This document shows, in pieces, positions 59,023-64,000 of a stretch of DNA of 64,000 nucleotides. The position numbers were made by a program, and so were the translations under genes. How positions within the stretch are numbered: the first letter of the stretch is position 1; the number at the start of each line of letters is the position of its first letter. The notes below the pieces were generated by a model. The model was given only the letters and a program-made list of their open reading frames with translations. It was not told the origin of the DNA and did not search any database. The stretch is from the NCBI GenBank assembly GCA_022340305.1, contig JAJDOF010000026.1, positions 17,627 through 81,626 on the forward strand, written 5' to 3'. Source of the DNA: Gammaproteobacteria bacterium. GTDB taxonomy: Bacteria > Pseudomonadota > Gammaproteobacteria > GCA-001735895.

Positions 59023-60099
59023 ATGGCATTAGTCGCTCCAGTCGAAGGCCCCTGCGCCTGGCGAGGCCAGGACATCGCAAATTCCGACCGCTGGATTTGC
59101 GCCTTGCAGCCTCGGCACATTGGCGAGCTCGAAGCCGCGCTGGCGATGGTCGAGAATCGTGGCATCGACTGGAACGAAATCACCGCGACCGACTTCCCTT
59201 TACCTGGTTTGACGGACCTCATCGGCCAGATCCGCAACGAGCTCGAGAACGGCTGTGGCCTGATCAAACTGCGAGGTTTGCCAGTTCGGCGTTACCACGA
59301 GGACCAGCTCCGCACCCTGTATTTCGGGCTTGGGAGCAATATTGGTACACCGGTCTACCAGAACCGGCGTGGCGAGTTGCTGCGCTGCATTCGCGACGAG
59401 GGAGCCGACGTCGGCAAACAGTATGGTCAAATCGAGGATGCCCAGATGGCGGATGGTAATCCGTTCCTGTCGTCCTACGCGCGCACGCTCAGCAACGGGG
59501 CGTTGCGCTTCCACACGGACCGCACGGACGTCGTTGCCCTGCTTTGTGTCAACCAGGCCGCGCGTGGCGGCGTGAGCACGATATGCAGCTCGGTGGCGGT
59601 AATGAACGAGATGTTCCGCCGCAGACCGGATCTGGCTCAGTTGCTGTTCGAGCCCTGGTACCGCAGCCGCCACGGCGAAGAGGCGGAACTTGCCGACGAC
59701 GTATACGCTTTGCCCATCTTCGGGCTGTGCGAGGGACACTTTACCAGTCATTTTTCGCTGACCTATATCGAAGCGGCGCAAACCGTCGAAGCTGTGCCGA
59801 AACTGACGGACGCGCAACAGGAGGCGCTTGACCTGCTCCTCGCCATCGCGCAGGAACTGGCCTTCGAGATGGTGCTGGAGCCGGGCGATATACAGTTCCT
59901 CAACTCGCACGTGACCTATCACGGACGCACCCCGTTCGAAGACGACAAGGGCGCAGGACGCGAACGCCTGCTCATGCGTTTGTGGCTGGCCATGCCGAAC
60001 AGCCGCCCGCTACCTCGCGATCACGAAGTACTCTGGAGTAACGTGGAAGCTGGCGCAGTGCGTGGCGGTATTGGCCAGATACCCGCCGATCGAACATAG
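59023..60099 (+). CDS. TauD/TfdA-family Fe(II)/2-oxoglutarate dioxygenase
   Basis: A 358-aa protein with FHTDRTDVVALLCV, ARGGVSTICSS and NSHVTYHGRTPFED, consistent with an HxD...H facial triad. The substrate is unknown. Confidence 0.75.
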   Translation: MALVAPVEGPCAWRGQDIANSDRWICALQPRHIGELEAALAMVENRGIDWNEITATDFPLPGLTDLIGQIRNELENGCGLIKLRGLPVRRYHEDQLRTLYFGLGSNIGTPVYQNRRGELLRCIRDEGADVGKQYGQIEDAQMADGNPFLSSYARTLSNGALRFHTDRTDVVALLCVNQAARGGVSTICSSVAVMNEMFRRRPDLAQLLFEPWYRSRHGEEAELADDVYALPIFGLCEGHFTSHFSLTYIEAAQTVEAVPKLTDAQQEALDLLLAIAQELAFEMVLEPGDIQFLNSHVTYHGRTPFEDDKGAGRERLLMRLWLAMPNSRPLPRDHEVLWSNVEAGAVRGGIGQIPADRT

Positions 60100-60146
60100 G
60101 GCTTTTATCCGTCCAGATTGTTCTTTTCTAACTAGCGGCAAGCCGT

Positions 60147-60185
60147 GTTTCTGGAGTCAGGTATACTGCCCTGCGAATTACCCAC
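60147..60185 (+). promoter_or_regulatory. Promoter-like motif, copy 3 (partial; upstream of the broken PABS-like gene)
   Basis: GTTTCTGGAGTCAGGTATACTGCCCTGCGAATTACCCAC shares the GGTATACTGCCCT block, with TATACT at 60162-60167. The upstream half is not conserved. Confidence 0.35.
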
Positions 60186-60199
60186 TTGTACGAACCCCT

Positions 60200-60888
60200 T
60201 TGGATCCCTGGATAACCATCGCGAACGCCACTGTTCGCGGTAGCGATACGGAACTCACCCTGTCGCAGCGCAATGACGATTTTGCCGTTCGCGTTGCCGG
60301 TGTGCCGGGCGATCTGATGAATGGCCGCATGCACCACTCCGAAGATGCGCTGACCGAACTCGCCTGCGCACGATCCAAAATACCCGGATTCTTGTCGGTG
60401 GTCTCGGCATGGGCTTCACGCTGGCGGCGGTGCTCAAGACAGTCCCGGCGTCGGCCGAGGTGATCGTGGCAGAACTGCTACCTGCTGTGGTCGAGTGGAG
60501 CCGGGGTCTGCCGGGGCAGTGTGCGGGACGACCTGTCGATAATGGCCCGCAGGCGATGACCCATTCTGCTAACGAGTGGCTTTACTCACCAGCGGGTTTA
60601 AAACAAAAATAGGAAAAACTCCGTCCCGAGGGCATCGTCGCGATCTGGTCGGCGAGGGCAGATCATCAATTCAGCAAGCGGCTTGAGAAAACCGGATTAA
60701 ATCTCCAGCTACGTACGCTAAGGGCACGCCCGGGGCAGGGCAGCCGCCACACAATATTCGTCACAAAAAAACCCGGGGATCGTCAACTCGATGAAGCCGA
60801 ATATATGGGTCAGCAGGCAGTTTTCACTCATATAAAAACCGCTTGCTCTCTAACCCTTATTAAGGAACCGTGTTTCGCTGGAGACTAG
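60200..60888 (+). pseudogene. Decayed spermidine-synthase-like (PABS/MnmC-like) gene
   Basis: Frame A reads (L)DPWITIANATVRGSDTELTLSQRNDDFAVRVAGVPGDLMNGRMHHSEDALTELACAR. Homology then continues in another frame as IQNTRILVGGLGMGFTLAAVLKTVPASAEVIVAELLPAVVEWSRG, so there is a frameshift near 60370. The GRP|VDNGP junction appears to lack a block present in intact homologues. There is an in-frame TAG at 60610-60612, followed by EKLRPEGIVAIWSA...RHTIFV. Confidence 0.7.
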
Positions 60889-60909
60889 TGGTGGGTAACG
60901 CCGCGCAAT

Positions 60910-62031
60910 TCAGACAAACAGGGTCAGCACGCCGGTAAAGCCGTACAGCGCGCTCTTGTGAATCTCGCCATTGGCGAAAAAACCAACCAGCGGGAAGTCG
61001 CCGAGTACGGTATGGATAAAACGGGCTTCCTCGGAATGTTCACCGAACTGTTCCCTGCCACGACCGAGGCAGGAGACATAAACACCGCCCTTGATGGTGG
61101 GGCCACAACGCTTCTTCAACTCCAGCAGCATGCGCCTCATGTCTTCCAACGCCGTGCTGCCATCGCGTTTGCAAAAAATAATTTCGTCGTTGTGCTGCAG
61201 GTAGTCGCCGATGGCGACCAGCTTTGACTCCAGGTCGATGCCGACCAGCTGGCGAATCGAGTAGTCGTCCTGATCGGAGTTTTTATTTACGATCCCGGCA
61301 AAAATATAGCCGGCCGCCTGTTGCCAGTCCGCGGCGATCGTTTCACCGACGTCCTCGGTCAACACGTCGAGCGCGGGCCGGTCGTCGAGGCTGTGCAGGG
61401 TATTGTGTTCGCACTGGGTGACGACATGGCGAGGCCCGATCGGGCTGCAGCCCTGGGTGAGGTTGGTCATGATTGGCACCGCCTGTGAAAACAATGCTCC
61501 GCTGATGCCGCCCTGCAGGACCTGTCCGGCGAACTGGGCATTGCGGCCACGCGACGAGCTGATGCCCCCGACCAGGAATGCGGCCGGAATATCGTCGCCG
61601 AGCTGCACCAGTAATGCCTGCAGGTTCGCAGTCGCCGGATCGGCATGCAGCAGGCCGACGTTGAAATCGTTGGCGGCGCACCAGTCCGCCAGCCCGGCAG
61701 GCAACGACGCGTCGTCCGCTTGCAGGTTCGGCAACAGTTGAAAGTCGGCCTCGTTGAAACCGGCCAGCAGGATCGCCATCGCGGGTTGGTCGTAATATTC
61801 CGTGTCGCCGCCGATAATGCCGATGCCGACCGTCCCGACCCAGGAAGTGATTCCGGTGGCCTGCTTGAGTCGATCGATCAGGGCCGCGGCTGCATCGACC
61901 AGATCATCGCTCAGGTAGAGGAAGCCGAAATTGGCCTCGGGAGGAATGTCGCCCAGTTGATTGAGGCAATCGTCGAGTAGTTGGTCGCCAGACTGGCCGG
62001 CACCGTGCGCGAGGAGGAAACGATCCATCAT
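60910..62031 (-). CDS. FIST-domain signal-transduction protein
   Basis: I chose the start MMDRFLLAHGAG at 62031 inside track ORF 60910..62232. FIST N/C patterns are present (FGFLYLSD..., GFFANGEI). Confidence 0.75.
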   Translation of the reverse strand: MMDRFLLAHGAGQSGDQLLDDCLNQLGDIPPEANFGFLYLSDDLVDAAAALIDRLKQATGITSWVGTVGIGIIGGDTEYYDQPAMAILLAGFNEADFQLLPNLQADDASLPAGLADWCAANDFNVGLLHADPATANLQALLVQLGDDIPAAFLVGGISSSRGRNAQFAGQVLQGGISGALFSQAVPIMTNLTQGCSPIGPRHVVTQCEHNTLHSLDDRPALDVLTEDVGETIAADWQQAAGYIFAGIVNKNSDQDDYSIRQLVGIDLESKLVAIGDYLQHNDEIIFCKRDGSTALEDMRRMLLELKKRCGPTIKGGVYVSCLGRGREQFGEHSEEARFIHTVLGDFPLVGFFANGEIHKSALYGFTGVLTLFV

Positions 62032-62185
62032 GGTGGGCCAGTTTACGGCAAAGTGCTGTCCCGGCACAGTATATCGATCCCTCGAAAGTTGCGTGGCGAA
62101 TCCTCCCTGCGGTTCCATTCCGGGGCATTCCGCGACATTCCGGGGGGGGACATACACTCCGGACAGCAGCGGCGTGTTGCCCGCG

Positions 62186-62509
62186 GTTGGTACCACGGTC
62201 GACATCGCTGCCGCCAGCTGGAGCGACAACATCGACGCTCCCGAGCCTCGAGGCGTCTGGACCGATCCGGACTTTCAGGCCGGGCAAAGTGCTTGTTACT
62301 TTGCACGCGTGTTCGCAATCCTCACGCCACGCTGGATTGTTTATGGCAGATTCCGTTTCGGTGTGGATATTCCCGAAGGCGCCGTGACTGCCCATCAGGA
62401 ACGCGCTAACACCTCGTCGATCTGGTACGATCCAGAGAATTGGCCGGATTGGGTCATGCCGATCCCGAGCCGTGCGCTCCGACCACAAGCGGACGGGGAT
62501 GACACTTGA
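62186..62509 (+). pseudogene. 3'-terminal fragment of a DUF3604-family gene
   Basis: VGTTVDIAAASWSDNIDAPEPRGVWTDPDFQAGQSACYFARVFAILTPRWIVYGRFRFGVDIPEGAVTAHQERANTSSIWYDP matches the C-terminal roughly 100 aa of DUF3604 proteins, which are about 600 aa as I recall. The N-terminal body is absent. Confidence 0.6.
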
Positions 62510-62587
62510 ATCAAGTTCCATCGAGGGCGTATATTTTCGTTTCGACGCATAGAGTTCCTATGCGAACATTTAACCGAGTTTGAATCC

Positions 62588-64000
62588 ATGGCCTGGCAAA
62601 ACAATGTATTACGCATCAACCTGACGTCCGGTGTCTGCAGCAGCGAAGCGCTGAACCGGGACTGGGCGCAGGCTTATCTCGGCCAGCGTGGCCTCGGCAG
62701 CAAGTACCTTTCCGAGGAAGTCGACCCCAGGGTCGATCCGCTGTCACCGGAGAACAAGCTGATCATCGCCACCGGGCCGCTGACGGCTACCACCGCGCCC
62801 ACCGGCGGGCGCTCGTCTGCAGTCACCAAGGGCGCGTTGACCGGCGCCATCGCGGCGTCGAATACCGGCGGCATGTTCGGCGCCGAGTTGAAGATGGCGG
62901 GATACGACCTGTTGATTATCGAGGGTCGCGCCGAACAACCGGTTTACCTGTGGATACGTGACGACAAGGTCCAAATCAGGCCAGCGGACAAACTGTGGGG
63001 TCGATCGGTATGGGAAACCGAGCCCTGGTTGCGCCGCGAGTTGCAGGAACCGCAGGCAAAAATCGCCAGCATCGGCCGCGCCGGAGAGGTGGGCGTCAAG
63101 TTTGCCTGCATCGTCAACGACATGGATCGCGCCTTCGGCCGTTCCGGCGTCGGCGCCGTGATGGGATCCAAGCACCTCAAGGCCATCGCGGTCCGCGGTA
63201 CGCGCGGCGTCGTGGTCGACGATCCTCGGGCTTTTCGCGCGGCCGTTGCGAGCACCATGGCGGTTTTGCAACCCAGCCCGGTGCGTCGACGTTTCACCAG
63301 CCGCGGCACCCATAACATGATGGACGTCACCAACCAGTTCGGTTCCCTGCCCACGCGTAATTGCCGCGACGTGCAGTTCGAAGGCGTCGAATCGATTAAT
63401 GCCGACGCGGTCCGGATACCGCGCCGCAGCGATGGCAAACCCAGCCTGCAGGGCAACAAGGCGTGTTTCGCCTGCCCCATCGGTTGCGGGCGCGTGGCCA
63501 CCATCGATCCGGCCTCGTCGCTGGTCAACGGCGAAGATCCCCAGGGCGGTGATCGCGGACGCTACAAGCTCCCCTCGGGCGGACTCGAATACGAAACGGC
63601 ATTCGCCTTCGGCCCGATGTGCGGCGTCGATGACCTCGACGCCATCAATTACGTCAATTTCCTCTGCAACGAACAGGGCATGGATCCGATTTCGCTCGGC
63701 GTCTCCATCGCCGCGGCCATGGAACTGTTCGAAGAAGGTGCGATTACGCCTGCCCAAACCGGGGGCCTGGACTTGCGTTTCGGCAACGCCGGGGCGCTCA
63801 CTCGCGCCGCGGAACTGAGCGCCTGCGGCGAGGGTATCGGCGCCGATATCGGGCTCGGTGCGGCGCGCCTGTGCGCGAAGTACGGTCGTCCCGAATTGTC
63901 GATGACGGTCAAGGGACAGGAATTCCCGGGCTACGATCCGCGCGCCCTGAAGGGCATGGGGCTGGCCTACGCGACCTCGAATCGCGGCTGCTGCCACATG
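62588..64000 (+). CDS. Aldehyde:ferredoxin oxidoreductase (tungstopterin AOR family), 5' part (runs off the right edge)
   Basis: It is absent from the ORF track because there is no stop in the window. My translation from ATG 62588 gives MAWQNNVLRINLTSGVCSSEAL...LGQRGLGSKYL...GPLTATTAPTGGRSSAVTKGALTG...ACFACPIGCGR...LEYETAFAFGPMCG...NRGCCHM, the typical AOR N-terminal and Fe-S region. The 417-aa track ORF on the opposite strand is its antisense shadow. Confidence 0.8.
   Translation, partial: MAWQNNVLRINLTSGVCSSEALNRDWAQAYLGQRGLGSKYLSEEVDPRVDPLSPENKLIIATGPLTATTAPTGGRSSAVTKGALTGAIAASNTGGMFGAELKMAGYDLLIIEGRAEQPVYLWIRDDKVQIRPADKLWGRSVWETEPWLRRELQEPQAKIASIGRAGEVGVKFACIVNDMDRAFGRSGVGAVMGSKHLKAIAVRGTRGVVVDDPRAFRAAVASTMAVLQPSPVRRRFTSRGTHNMMDVTNQFGSLPTRNCRDVQFEGVESINADAVRIPRRSDGKPSLQGNKACFACPIGCGRVATIDPASSLVNGEDPQGGDRGRYKLPSGGLEYETAFAFGPMCGVDDLDAINYVNFLCNEQGMDPISLGVSIAAAMELFEEGAITPAQTGGLDLRFGNAGALTRAAELSACGEGIGADIGLGAARLCAKYGRPELSMTVKGQEFPGYDPRALKGMGLAYATSNRGCCHM

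Noticed and set aside
62744-63997. 417-aa ORF on the minus strand
   Set aside because: It is an antisense shadow of the AOR gene, whose plus-strand translation has clear family motifs. The minus-strand product is an Arg/Ala/Gly-rich low-complexity sequence typical of GC-rich antisense frames.

Overview
This is a 64-kb chromosomal segment of a moderately GC-rich gammaproteobacterium. That placement rests on gene content and synteny (mrdA-rodA-mltB-rlpA-dacA-ybeD-lipB-lipA, bamD/rluD-pgeF-clpB, fdxA-mutS); a marine Cellvibrionales-like lineage is only a guess. I see no rRNA, tRNA, CRISPR array, intact transposase or prophage.

Most of the window is housekeeping: cell wall, lipoate, NAD, aspS, clpB, mutS, pyrD.

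Five regions stand out:
1. 1-9.3 kb holds a nuclease-helicase plus FAN1-like operon placed back-to-back with a lexA-imuA-imuB-dnaE2 mutagenesis cassette. The 69-bp gap between them is dominated by a 36-bp near-perfect palindrome.
2. A small family of stop-codon-abutting palindromic repeats occurs at 5.9, 22.1 and 34.6 kb.
3. 12-19.6 kb carries tpm, an arsS-like radical-SAM gene with two glycosyltransferase-like genes coupled to pyrD, and a transmembrane PP2C phosphatase fused to a non-catalytic FGE-like domain.
4. 22.3-26.5 kb is a pyrophosphate locus (hppA-pfp-ppa).
5. 55.1-62.6 kb is a decaying, rearranged region. It contains about 1.1 kb of non-coding DNA upstream of mutS with a possible integrase remnant and a structured RNA candidate, and four copies of a promoter-like motif. 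It also holds a frameshifted queC, a broken spermidine-synthase-like gene and a 3' fragment of a DUF3604 gene.

All functional calls come from motifs I recognise in the translations and from synteny; no database search was run. Many long ORFs in the track are antisense shadows of real genes and are not reported.
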